Below are positions 1 through 14,900 of a stretch of 64,000 bases of DNA, piece by piece. The notes under the pieces are model-generated. The model was given only the letters and a program-made list of their open reading frames with translations. It did not search any database and was not told the DNA's origin. Made by a program: the position numbers and the translations under genes. Every line of letters begins with the position of its first letter. Position 1 is the stretch's first letter. Source of the stretch: Eledone cirrhosa (lineage: Eukaryota); contig OZ024740.1 in assembly GCA_964016885.1 (NCBI GenBank), positions 28,706,001-28,770,000 on the forward strand, read 5' to 3'.

Positions 1-2929
1 TGTCAACAGCTGTCTTATATATGTGTCTACTGTGTTAACAGCTGTCTTATATATGTGTCTACTGTGTCAACAGCTGTGTTATATATGTGTCTTCTGTGTT
101 AACAGCTGTCTTATATATGCGTCTACTGTGTTAACTGCTGTGTTATATATGTGTCTACTGTGTTAACAGCTGTCTTATATATGTGTCTACTGTGTTAACA
201 GCTGTCTTATACATGTGTCTACTGTGTCAACAGCTGTGTTATATATGTGTCTACTGTGTTAACAGCTGTCTTATATATGTGTCTACTGTGTCAACAGCTG
301 TCTTATATATGTGTCTACTGTGTTAACAGCTGTCTTATATATGTGTCTACTGTGCTAACAGCTGTCTTATATATGCGTCTACTGTGTTAACAGCTGTCTT
401 ATATATGTGTCTACTGTGTTAACAGCTGTCTTATATATGCGTCTACTGTGTTAACAGCTGTCTTATATATGCGTCTACTGTGTCAACAGCTGTCTTATAT
501 ATGCGTCTACTGTGTTAACAGCTGTCTTATATATGCGTCTACTGTGTCAAGAGCTGTCTTATATATGTGTCTACTGTGTTAACAGCTGTCTTATATATGC
601 GTCTACTGTGTTAACTGCTGTGTTATATATGTGTCTACTGTGTTAATAGCTGTCTTATATATGTGTCTACTGTGTTAACAGCTGTCTTAAATGTGTGTCT
701 ACTGTGTTAACAGCTGTCTTATATATGTGTCTACTGTGTCAACAGCTGTCTTATATATGTGTCTACTGTGTTAACAGCTGTCTTATATATGTGTCTACTG
801 TGTTAACAGCTGTGTTATATATGTGTCTACTGTGTCAACAGCTGTCTTATATATGTGTCTACTGTGTTAACAGCTGTCTTATATATGTGTCTACTGTGTC
901 AACAGCTGTCTTATATATGTGTCTACTGTGCTAACAGCTGTGTTATATATGTGTCTACTGTGTCAACAGCTGTGTTATATATGTGTCTACTGTGTTAACA
1001 GCTGTCTTATATATGTGTCTACTGTGCTAACAGCTGTGTTATATATGTGTCTACTGTGTTAAGAGCTGTCTTATATATGTGTCTACTGTGCTAACAGCTG
1101 TCTTATATATGTGTCTACTGTGTTAACAGCTGTCTTATATATGTGTCTACTGTGTTAACAGCTGTCTTATATATGTGTCTACTGTGTCAACAGCTGTGTT
1201 ATATATGTGTCTTCTGTGTTAACAGCTGTCTTATATATGCGTCTACTGTGTTAACTGCTGTGTTATATATGTGTCTACTGTGTTAACAGCTGTCTTATAT
1301 ATGTGTCTACTGTGTTAACAGCTGTCTTATACATGTGTCTACTGTGTCAACAGCTGTGTTATATATGTGTCTACTGTGTTAACAGCTGTCTTATATATGT
1401 GTCTACTGTGTCAAGAGCTGTCTTATATATGTGTCTACTGTGTTAACAGCTGTCTTATATATGTGTCTACTGTGCTAACAGCTGTCTTATATATGCGTCT
1501 ACTGTGTTAACAGCTGTCTTATATATGTGTCTACTGTGTTAACAGCTGTCTTATATATGCGTCTACTGTGTTAACAGCTGTCTTATATATGCGTCTACTG
1601 TGTCAACAGCTGTCTTATATATGCGTCTACTGTGTTAACAGCTGTCTTATATATGCGTCTACTGTGTCAAGAGCTGTCTTATATATGTGTCTACTGTGTT
1701 AACAGCTGTCTTATATATGCGTCTACTGTGTTAACTGCTGTGTTATATATGTGTCTACTGTGTTAACAGCTGTCTTATATATGTGTCTACTGTGTTAACA
1801 GCTGTCTTAAATATGTGTCTACTGTGTTAACAGCTGTCTTATATATGTGTCTACTGTGTCAACAGCTGTCTTATATATGTGTCTACTGTGTTAACAGCTG
1901 TCTTATATATGTGTCTACTGTGCTAACAGCTGTCTTATATATGTGTCTACTGTGTTAACAGATGTCTTATATATGTGTCTACTGTGCTAACAGCTGTCTT
2001 ATATATGTGTCTACTGTGTTAACAGATGTCTTATATATGTGTCTACTGTGTTAACAGCAGTCTTATATATGTCTCTACTGTGTTAACAGCTGTCTTATAT
2101 ATGTGTCTTCTGTGTTAACAGCTGTCTTATATATGTCTCTACTGTGCTAACAGCTGTCTTATATATGTGTCTACTGTGTTAACAGCTGTCTTATATATGT
2201 GTCTACTGGGCTAACAGCTGTCTTATATATGTGTCTACTGTGTTAACAGCTGTCTTATATATGTGTCTACTGTGTTAACAGCTGTGTTATATATGTGTCT
2301 ACTGTGCTAACAGCTGTCTTATATATGTGTCTACTGTGCTAACAGCTGTGTTATATATGTGTCGACAGTGTCAACAGCTGTCTTATATATGTGTCTACTG
2401 TGCTAACAGCTGTCTTATATATGTGTCTACTGTGCTAACAGCTGTGTTATATATGTGTCTACTGTGTCAACAGCTGTCTTATATATGTGTCTACTGTGCT
2501 AACAGCTGTGTTATATATGTGTCTACAGTGTCAACAGCTGTCTTATATATGTCTCTACTGTGTTAACAACTGTCTTATATATGTCTCTACTGTGCTAACA
2601 GCTGTCTTATATATGTGTCTACAGTGTTAACAGCTGTCTTATATATGTGTCTACTGTGTCAACAGCTGTCTTATATATGTGTCTACTGTGCTAACAGCTG
2701 TCTTATATATGTGTCTACTGTGCTAACAGCTGTCTTATATATGTGTCTACAGTGTCAACAGCTGTCTTATATATGTGTCTACTGTGTTAACAGCTGTCTT
2801 ATATATGTCTCTACTGTGCTAACAGCTGTCTTATATATGTGTCTACTGTGTTAACAGCTGTCTTATATATGTGTCTACTGTGTCAACAGCTGTCTTATAT
2901 ATGTGTCTACTGTGCTAACAGCTGTGTTA

Positions 2930-5900
2930 TATATGTGTCTACTGTGTTAAGAGCTGTCTTATATATGTGTCTACTGTGCTAACATCTGTCTTATATATGT
3001 GTCTACTGTGTCAACAGCTGTGTTATATATGTGTCTACTGTGTTAACAGCTGTCTTATATATGTGTCTACTGTGCTAACAGCTGTGTTATATATGTGTCT
3101 ACTGTGCTAACAGCTGTCTTATATATGTGTCTACAGTGTCAACAGCTGTCTTATATATGTGTCTACTGTGTTAACAGCTGTCTTATATATGTCTCTACTC
3201 TGCTAACAGCTGTCTTATATATGTGTCTACTGTGTTAACAGCTGTCTTATATATGTGTCTACTGTGTCAACAGCTGTCTTATATATGTGTCTACCGTGCT
3301 AACAGCTGTGTTATATATGTGTCTACTGTGTCAACAGCTGTGTTATATATATGTCTACTGTGTTAACAGCTGTCTTATATATGTGTCTACTGTGCTAACA
3401 GCTGTGTTATATATGTGTCTACTGTGTTAAGAGCTGTCTTATATATGTGTCTACTGTGCTAACAGCTGTCTTATATATGTGTCTACTGTGTTAACAGCTG
3501 TCTTATATATGTGTCTACTGTGTTAACAGCTGTCTTATATATGTGTCTACTGTGTCAACAGCTGTGTCATATATGTGTCTTCTGTGTTAACAGCTGTCTT
3601 ATATATGCGTTTACTGTGTTAACTGCTGTGTTATATATGTGTCTACTGTGTTAACAGCTGTCTTATATATGTGTCTACTGTGTTAACAGCTGTCTTATAC
3701 ATGTGTCTACTGTGTCAACAGCTGTGTTATATATGTGTCTACTGTGTTAACAGCTGTCTTATATATGTGTCTACTGTGTCAACAGCTGTCTTATATATGT
3801 GTCTACTGTGTTAACAGCTGTCTTATATATGTGTCTACTGTGCTAACAGCTGTCTTATATATGCGTCTACTGTGTTAACAGCTGTCTTATATATGTGTCT
3901 ACTGTGTTAACAGCTGTCTTATATATGCGTCTACTGTGTTAACAGCTGTCTTATATATGCGTCTACTGTGTCAACAGCTGTCTTATATATGCGTCTACTG
4001 TGTTAACAGCTGTCTTATATATGCGTCTACTGTGTCAAGAGCTGTCTTATATATGTGTCTACTGTGTTAACAGCTGTCTTATATATGCGTCTACTGTGTT
4101 AACTGCTGTGTTATATATGTGTCTACTGTGTTAATAGCTGTCTTATATATGTGTCTACTGTGTTAACAGCTGTCTTAAATATGTGTCTACTGTGTTAACA
4201 GCTGTCTTATATATGTGTCTACTGTGTCAACAGCTGTCTTATATATGTGTCTACTGTGTTAACAGCTGTCTTATATATGTGTCTACTGTGTTAACAGCTG
4301 TGTTATATATGTGTCTACTGTGTCAACAGCTGTCTTATATATGTGTCTACTGTGTTAACAGCTGTCTTATATATGTGTCTACTGTGTTAACAGCTGTCTT
4401 ATATATGTGTCTACTGTGTTAACAGCTGTGTTATATATGTGTCTACTGTGTCAACAGCTGTGTTATATATGTGTCTACTGTGTCAACAGCTGTCTTACAT
4501 ATGTGTGTACTGTGTCAACAGCTGTGTTATATATGTGTCTACTGTGTTAACAGCTGTCTTATATATGTGTCTACTGTGCTAACAGCTGTCTTATATATGT
4601 GTCTACTGTGTTAACAGATGTCTTATATATGTGTCTACTGTGCTAACAGCTGTCTTATATATGTGTCTACTGTGTTAACAGATGTCTTATATATGTGTCT
4701 ACTGTGTTAACAGCTGTCTTATATATGTCTCTACTGTGTTAACAGCTGTCTTATATATGTGTCTTCTGTGTTAACAGCTGTCTTATATATGTCTCTACTG
4801 TGCTAACAGCTGTCTTATATATGTGTCTACTGTGTTAACAGCTGTCTTATATATGTGTCTACTGGGCTAACAGCTGTCTTATATATGTGTCTACTGTGTT
4901 AACAGCTGTCTTATATATGTGTCTACTGTGTTAACAGCTGTGTTATATATGTGTCTACTGTGCTAACAGCTGTCTTATATATGTGTCTACTGTGCTAACA
5001 GCTGTGTTATATATGTGTCGACAGTGTCAACAGCTGTCTTATATATGTGTCTACTGTGCTAACAGCTGTCTTATATATGTGTCTACTGTGCTAACAGCTG
5101 TGTTATATATGTGTCTACTGTGTCAACAGCTGTCTTATATATGTGTCTACTGTGCTAACAGCTGTCTTATATATGTGTCTACAGTGTCAACAGCTGTCTT
5201 ATATATGTCTCTACTGTGTTAACAACTGTCTTATATATGTCTCTACTGTGCTAACAGCTGTCTTATATATGTGTCTACAGTGTTAACAGCTGTCTTATAT
5301 ATGTGTCTACTGTGTCAACAGCTGTCTTATATATGTGTCTACTGTGCTAACAGCTGTCTTATATATGTGTCTACTGTGCTAACAGCTGTCTTATATATGT
5401 GTCTACAGTGTCAACAGCTGTCTTATATATGTGTCTACTGTGTTAACAGCTGTCTTATATATGTCTCTACTGTGCTAATAGCTGTCTTATATATGTGTCT
5501 ACTGTGTTAACAGCTGTCTTATATATGTGTCTACTGTGTCAACAGCTGTCTTATATATGTGTCTACTGTGCTAACAGCTGTGTTATATATGTGTCTACTG
5601 TGTTAAGAGCTGTCTTATATATGTGTCTACTATGCTAACATCTGTCTTATATATGTGTCTACTGTGTCAACAGCTGTGTTATATATGTGTCTACTGTGTT
5701 AACAGCTGTCTTATATATGTGTCTACTGTGCTAACAGCTGTGTTATATATGTGTCTACTGTGTTAAGAGCTGTCTTATATATGTGTCTACTGTGCTAACA
5801 TCTGTCTTATATATGTGTCTACTGTGTTAACAGCTGTCTTATATATGTGTCTACTGTGTTAACAGCTGTCTTATATATGTGTCTACTGTGTCAACAGCTG

Positions 5901-8900
5901 TGTTATATATGTGTCTTCTGTGTTAACAGCTGTCTTATATATGCGTCTACTGTGTTAACTGCTGTGTTATATATGTGTCTACTGTGTTAACAGCTGTCTC
6001 ATATATGTGTCTACTGTGTTAACAGCTGTCTTATACATGTGTCTACTGTGTCAACAGCTGTGTTATATATGTGTCTACTGTGTTAACAGCTGTCTTATAT
6101 ATGTGTCTACTGTGTCAACAGCTGTCTTATATATGTGTCTACTGTGTTAACAGTTGTCTTATATATGTGTCTACTGTGCTAAAAGCTGTCTTATATATGC
6201 GTCTACTGTGTTAACAGCTGTCTTATATATGTGTCTACTGTGTTAACAGCTGTCTTATATATGCGTCTACTGTGTTAACAGCTGTCTTATATATGTGTCT
6301 ACTGTGTTAACAGCTGTCTTACATATGTGTGTACTGTGTCAACAGCTGTGTTATATATGTGCCTACTGTGTTAACAGCTGTCTTATATATGTGTCTACTG
6401 TGTTAACAGCTGTCTTATATATGTGTCTTCTGTGTTAACAGCTGTCTTATATATGTGTCTACTGTGTTAACAGCTGTCTTATATATGTGTCTACTGTGTT
6501 AACAGCTGTCTTACATATGTGTGTACTGTGTCAACAGCTGTGTTATATATGTGTCTACTGTGTTAACAGCTGTCTTATATATGTGTCTACTGTGTTAACA
6601 GCTGTCTTATATATGTGTCTTCTGTGTTAACAGCTGTCTTATATATGTGTCTACTGTGTTAACAGCTGTGTTATATATGTGTCTACTGTGTCAACAGCTG
6701 TGTTATATATGTGTCTACTGTGTTAACATCTGTCTTACATATGTGTGTACTGTGTCAACAGCTGTGTTATATATTTGTCTACTGTGTTAACAGCTGTCTT
6801 ATATATGTGTCTACTGTGCTAACAGCTGTCTTATATATGTGTCTACTGTGTTAACAGATGTCTTATATATGTGTCTACTGTGCTAACAGCTGTCTTATAT
6901 ATGTGTCTACTGTGTTAACAGATGTCTTATATATGTGTCTACTGTGTTAACAGCTGTGTTATATATGTGTCTACTGTGTCAACAGCTGTCTTATATATGT
7001 GTCTACTGTGTTAACAGCTGTGTTATATATGTGTGTACTGTGCTAACAGCTGTGTTATATATGTGTCTACTGTGTTAACAGCTGTCTTATATATGTCTCT
7101 ACTGTGTTAACAGCTGTCTTATATATGTGTCTTCTGTGTTAACAGCTGTCTTATATATGTCTCTACTGTGCTAACAGCTGTCTTATATATGTGTCTACTG
7201 TGTTAACAGCTGTCTTATATATGTGTCTACTGTGCTAACAGCTGTCTTATATATGTGTCTACTGTGTTAACAGCTGTCTTATATATGTGTCTACTGTGTT
7301 AACAGCTGTGTTATATATGTGTCTACTGTGCTAACAGCTGTCTTATATATGTGTCTACAGTGTCAACAGCTGTCTTATATATCTGTCTACTGTGTCAACA
7401 GCTGTCTTATATATGTGTCTACTGTGCTAACAGCTGTCTTATATATGTGTCTACTGTGCTAACAGCTGTCTTATATATGTGTCTACAGTGTCAACAGCTG
7501 TCTTATATATGTGTCTACTGTGTTAACAGCTGTCTTATATATGTCTCTACTGTGCTAACAGCTGTCTTATATATGTGTCTACTGTGTTAACAGCTGTCTT
7601 ATATATGTGTCTACTGTGTCAACAGCTGTCTTATATATGTGTCTACTGTGCTAACAGCTGTGTTATATATGCGTCTACTGTGTCAACAGCTGTCTTATAT
7701 ATGTGTCTACTGTGCTAACAACTGTGTTATATATGTGTCTACTGTGTTAACAGCTGTCTTATATATGTGTCTACTGTGCTAACAGCTGTGTTATATATGT
7801 GTCTACTGTGTTAAGAGCTGTCTTATATATGTGTCTACTGTGCTAACAGCTGTCTTATATATGTGTCTACTGTGTTAACAGCTGTCTTATATATGTGTCT
7901 ACTGTGTTAACAGCTGTCTTATATATGTGTCTACTGTGTCAACAGCTGTGTTATATATCTGTCTTCTGTGTTAACAGCTGTCTTATATATGCGTCTACTG
8001 TGTTAACTGCTGTGTTATATATGTGTCTACTGTGTTAACAGCTGTCTTATATATGTGTCTACTGTGTTAACAGCTGTCTTATACATGTGTCTACTGTGTC
8101 AACAGCTGTGTTATATATGTGTCTACTGTGTTAACAGCTGTCTTATATATGTGTCTACTGTGCTAACAGCTGTGTTATATATGTGTCTACTGTGTTAAGA
8201 GCTGTCTTATATATGTGTCTACTGTGCTAACATCTGTCTTATATATGTGTCTACTGTGTTAACAGCTGTCTTATATATGTGTCTACTGTGTTAACAGCTG
8301 TCTTATATATGTGTCTACTGTGTCAACAGCTGTGTTATATATGTGTCTTCTGTGTTAACAGCTGTCTTATATATGCGTCTACTGTGTTAACTGCTGTGTT
8401 ATATATGTGTCTACTGTGTTAACAGCTGTCTCATATATGTGTCTACTGTGTTAACAGCTGTCTTATACATGTGTCTACTGTGTCAACAGCTGTGTTATAT
8501 ATGTGTCTACTGTGTTAACAGCTGTCTTATATATGTGTCTACTGTGTCAACAGCTGTCTTATATATGTGTCTACTGTGTTAACAGTTGTCTTATATATGT
8601 GTCTACTGTGCTAAAAGCTGTCTTATATATGCGTCTACTGTGTTAACAGCTGTCTTATATATGTGTCTACTGTGTTAACAGCTGTCTTATATATGCGTCT
8701 ACTGTGTTAACAGCTGTCTTATATATGTGTCTACTGTGTTAACAGCTGTCTTACATATGTGTGTACTGTGTCAACAGCTGTGTTATATATGTGCCTACTG
8801 TGTTAACAGCTGTCTTATATATGTGTCTACTGTGTTAACAGCTGTCTTATATATGTGTCTTCTGTGTTAACAGCTGTCTTATATATGTGTCTACTGTGTT

Positions 8901-11900
8901 AACAGCTGTCTTATATATGTGTCTACTGTGTTAACAGCTGTCTTACATATGTGTGTACTGTGTCAACAGCTGTGTTATATATGTGTCTACTGTGTTAACA
9001 GCTGTCTTATATATGTGTCTACTGTGTTAACAGCTGTCTTATATATGTGTCTTCTGTGTTAACAGCTGTCTTATATATGTGTCTACTGTGTTAACAGCTG
9101 TGTTATATATGTGTCTACTGTGTCAACAGCTGTGTTATATATGTGTCTACTGTGTTAACATCTGTCTTACATATGTGTGTACTGTGTCAACAGCTGTGTT
9201 ATATATTTGTCTACTGTGTTAACAGCTGTCTTATATATGTGTCTACTGTGCTAACAGCTGTCTTATATATGTGTCTACTGTGTTAACAGATGTCTTATAT
9301 ATGTGTCTACTGTGCTAACAGCTGTCTTATATATGTGTCTACTGTGTTAACAGATGTCTTATATATGTGTCTACTGTGTTAACAGCTGTGTTATATATGT
9401 GTCTACTGTGTCAACAGCTGTCTTATATATGTGTCTACTGTGTTAACAGCTGTGTTATATATGTGTGTACTGTGCTAACAGCTGTGTTATATATGTGTCT
9501 ACTGTGTTAACAGCTGTCTTATATATGTCTCTACTGTGTTAACAGCTGTCTTATATATGTGTCTTCTGTGTTAACAGCTGTCTTATATATGTCTCTACTG
9601 TGCTAACAGCTGTCTTATATATGTGTCTACTGTGTTAACAGCTGTCTTATATATGTGTCTACTGTGCTAACAGCTGTCTTATATATGTGTCTACTGTGTT
9701 AACAGCTGTCTTATATATGTGTCTACTGTGTTAACAGCTGTGTTATATATGTGTCTACTGTGCTAACAGCTGTCTTATATATGTGTCTACAGTGTCAACA
9801 GCTGTCTTATATATCTGTCTACTGTGTCAACAGCTGTCTTATATATGTGTCTACTGTGCTAACAGCTGTCTTATATATGTGTCTACTGTGCTAACAGCTG
9901 TCTTATATATGTGTCTACAGTGTCAACAGCTGTCTTATATATGTGTCTACTGTGTTAACAGCTGTCTTATATATGTCTCTACTGTGCTAACAGCTGTCTT
10001 ATATATGTGTCTACTGTGTTAACAGCTGTCTTATATATGTGTCTACTGTGTCAACAGCTGTCTTATATATGTGTCTACTGTGCTAACAGCTGTGTTATAT
10101 ATGCGTCTACTGTGTCAACAGCTGTCTTATATATGTGTCTACTGTGCTAACAACTGTGTTATATATGTGTCTACTGTGTTAACAGCTGTCTTATATATGT
10201 GTCTACTGTGCTAACAGCTGTGTTATATATGTGTCTACTGTGTTAAGAGCTGTCTTATATATGTGTCTACTGTGCTAACAGCTGTCTTATATATGTGTCT
10301 ACTGTGTTAACAGCTGTCTTATATATGTGTCTACTGTGTTAACAGCTGTCTTATATATGTGTCTACTGTGTCAACAGCTGTGTTATATATCTGTCTTCTG
10401 TGTTAACAGCTGTCTTATATATGCGTCTACTGTGTTAACTGCTGTGTTATATATGTGTCTACTGTGTTAACAGCTGTCTTATATATGTGTCTACTGTGTT
10501 AACAGCTGTCTTATACATGTGTCTACTGTGTCAACAGCTGTGTTATATATGTGTCTACTGTGTTAACAGCTGTCTTATATATGTGTCTACTGTGTCAACA
10601 GCTGTCTTATATATGTGTCTACTGTGTTAACAGCTGTCTTATATATGTGTCTACTGTGCTAACAGCTGTCTTATATATGCGTCTTCTGTGTTAACAGCTG
10701 TCTTATATATGTGTCTACTGTGTTAACAGCTGTCTTATATATGCGTCTGCTGTGTTAACAGCTGTCTTATATATGCGTCTACTGTGTCAACAGCTGTCTT
10801 ATATATGCGTCTTGTGTGTTAACAGCTGTCTTATATATGCGTCTACTGTGTCAAGAGCTGTCTTATATATGTGTCTACTGTGTTAACAGCTGTCTTATAT
10901 ATGTGTCTACTGTGTTAACAGCTGTCTTACATATGTGTGTACTGTGTCAACAGCTGTGTTATATATGTGTCTACTGTGTTAACAGCTGTCTTATATATGT
11001 GTCTACTGTGTTAACAGCTGTCTTATATATGTGTCTTCTGTGTTAACAGCTGTCTTATATATGTGTCTACTGTGTTAACAGCTGTCTTATATATGTGTCT
11101 ACTGTGTTAACAGCTGTCTTACATATGTGTGTACTGTGTCAACAGCTGTGTTATATATGTGTCTACTGTGTTAACAGCTGTCTTATATATGTGTCTACTG
11201 TGTTAACAGCTGTCTTATATATGTGTCTTCTGTGTTAACAGCTGTCTTATATATGTGTCTACTGTGTTAACAGCTGTGTTATATATGTGTCTACTGTGTC
11301 AACAGCTGTGTTATATATGTGTCTACTGTGTTAACATCTGTCTTACATATGTGTGTACTGTGTCAACAGCTGTGTTATATATTTGTCTACTGTGTTAACA
11401 GCTGTCTTATATATGTGTCTACTGTGCTAACAGCTGTCTTATATATGTGTCTACTGTGTTAACAGATGTCTTATATATGTGTCTACTGTGCTAACAGCTG
11501 TCTTATATATGTGTCTACTGTGTTAACAGCTGTGTTATATATGTGTCTACTGTGTCAACAGCTGTCTTATATATGTGTCTACTGTGTTAACAGCTGTGTT
11601 ATATATGTGTGTACTGTGCTAACAGCTGTGTTATATATGTGTCTACTGTGTTAACAGCTGTCTTATATATGTCTCTACTGTGTTAACAGCTGTCTTATAT
11701 ATGTGTCTTCTGTGTTAACAGCTGTCTTATATATGTCTCTACTGTGCTAACAGCTGTCTTATATATGTGTCTACTGTGTTAACAGTTGTCTTATATATGT
11801 GTCTACTGTGCTAACAGCTGTCTTATATATGTGTCTACTGTGTTAACAGCTGTCTTATATATGTGTCTACTGTGTTAACAGCTGTGTTATATATGTGTCT

Positions 11901-14900
11901 ACTGTGCTAACAGCTGTCTTATATATGTGTCTACAGTGTCAACAGCTGTCTTATATATCTGTCTACTGTGTCAACAGCTGTCTTATATATGTGTCTACTG
12001 TGCTAACAGCTGTCTTATATATGTGTCTACTGTGCTAACAGCTGTCTTATATATGTGTCTACAGTGTCAACAGCTGTCTTATATATGTGTCTACTGTGTT
12101 AACAGCTGTCTTATATATGTCTCTACTGTGCTAACAGCTGTCTTATATATGTGTCTACTGTGTTAACAGCTGTCTTATATATGTGTCTACTGTGTCAACA
12201 GCTGTCTTATATATGTGTCTACTGTGCTAACAGCTGTGTTATATATGCGTCTACTGTGTCAACAGCTGTCTTATATATGTGTCTACTGTGCTAACAGCTG
12301 TGTTATATATGTGTCTACTGTGTTAACAGCTGTCTTATATATGTGTCTACTGTGCTAACAGCTGTGTTATATATGTGTCTACTGTGTTAAGAGCTGTCTT
12401 ATATATGTGTCTACTGTGCTAACAGCTGTCTTATATATGTGTCTACTGTGTTAACAGCTGTCTTATATATGTGTCTACTGTGTTAACAGCTGTCTTATAT
12501 ATGTGTCTACTGTGTCAACAGCTGTGTTATATATGTGTCTTCTGTGTTAACAGCTGTCTTATATATGCGTCTACTGTGTTAACTGCTGTGTTATATATGT
12601 GTCTACTGTGTTAACAGCTGTCTTATATATGTGTCTACTGTGTTAACAGCTGTCTTATACATGTGTCTACTGTGTCAACAGCTGTGTTATATATGTGTCT
12701 ACTGTGTCAACAGCTGTGTTATATATGTGTCTTCTGTGTTAACAGCTGTCTTATATATGCGTCTACTGTGTTAACTGCTGTGTTATATATGTGTCTACTG
12801 TGTTAACAGCTGTCTCATATATGTGTCTACTGTGTTAACAGCTGTCTTATACATGTGTCTACTGTGTCAACAGCTGTGTTATATATGTGTCTACTGTGTT
12901 AACAGCTGTCTTATATATGTGTCTACTGTGTCAACAGCTGTCTTATATATGTGTCTACTGTGTTAACAGTTGTCTTATATATGTGTCTACTGTGCTAACA
13001 GCTGTCTTATATATGCGTCTACTGTGTTAACAGCTGTCTTATATATGTGTCTACTGTGTTAACAGCTGTCTTATATATGCGTCTACTGTGTTAACAGCTG
13101 TCTTATATATGTGTCTACTGTGTTAACAGCTGTCTTACATATGTGTGTACTGTGTCAACAGCTGTGTTATATATGTGTCTACTGTGTTAACAGCTGTCTT
13201 ATATATGTGTCTACTGTGTTAACAGCTGTCTTATATATGTGTCTTCTGTGTTAACAGCTGTCTTATATATGTGTCTACTGTGTTAACAGCTGTCTTATAT
13301 ATGTGTCTACTGTGTTAACAGCTGTCTTACATATGTGTGTACTGTGTCAACAGCTGTGTTATATATGTGTCTACTGTGTTAACAGCTGTCTTATATATGT
13401 GTCTACTGTGTTAACAGCTGTCTTATATATGTGTCTTCTGTGTTAACAGCTGTCTTATATATGTGTCTACTGTGTTAACAGCTGTGTTATATATGTGTCT
13501 ACTGTGTCAACAGCTGTGTTATATATGTGTCTACTGTGTTAACATCTGTCTTACATATGTGTGTACTGTGTCAACAGCTGTGTTATATATTTGTCTACTG
13601 TGTTAACAGCTGTCTTATATATGTGTCTACTGTGCTAACAGCTGTCTTATATATGTGTCTACTGTGTTAACAGATGTCTTATATATGTGTCTACTGTGCT
13701 AACAGCTGTCTTATATATGTGTCTACTGTGTTAACAGATGTCTTATATATGTGTCTACTGTGTTAACAGCTGTGTTATATATGTGTCTACTGTGTCAACA
13801 GCTGTCTTATATATGTGTCTACTGTGTTAACAGCTGTGTTATATATGTGTGTACTGTGCTAACAGCTGTGTTATATATGTGTCTACTGTGTTAACAGCTG
13901 TCTTATATATGTCTCTACTGTGTTAACAGCTGTCTTATATATGTGTCTTCTGTGTTAACAGCTGTCTTATATATGTCTCTACTGTGCTAACAGCTGTCTT
14001 ATATATGTGTCTACTGTGTTAACAGCTGTCTTATATATGTGTCTACTGTGCTAACAGCTGTCTTATATATGTGTCTACTGTGTTAAGAGCTGTCTTATAT
14101 ATGTGTCTACTGTGCTAACATCTGTCTTATATATGTGTCTACTGTGTCAACAGCTGTGTTATATATGTGTCTACTGTGTTAACAGCTGTCTTATATATGT
14201 GTCTACTGTGCTAACAGCTGTGTTATATATGTGTCTACTGTGCTAACAGCTGTCTTATATATGTGTCTACAGTGTCAACAGCTGTCTTATATATGTGTCT
14301 ACTGTGTTAACAGCTGTCTTATATATGTCTCTACTCTGCTAACAGCTGTCTTATATATGTGTCTACTGTGTTAACAGCTGTCTTATATATGTGTCTACTG
14401 TGTCAACAGCTGTCTTATATATGTGTCTACCGTGCTAACAGCTGTGTTATATATGTGTCTACTGTGTCAACAGCTGTGTTATATATATGTCTACTGTGTT
14501 AACAGCTGTCTTATATATGTGTCTACTGTGCTAACAGCTGTGTTATATATGTGTCTACTGTGTTAAGAGCTGTCTTATATATGTGTCTACTGTGCTAACA
14601 GCTGTCTTATATATGTGTCTACTGTGTTAACAGCTGTCTTATATATGTGTCTACTGTGTTAACAGCTGTCTTATATATGTGTCTACTGTGTCAACAGCTG
14701 TGTCATATATGTGTCTTCTGTGTTAACAGCTGTCTTATATATGCGTTTACTGTGTTAACTGCTGTGTTATATATGTGTCTACTGTGTTAACAGCTGTCTT
14801 ATATATGTGTCTACTGTGTTAACAGCTGTCTTATACATGTGTCTACTGTGTCAACAGCTGTGTTATATATGTGTCTACTGTGTTAACAGCTGTCTTATAT

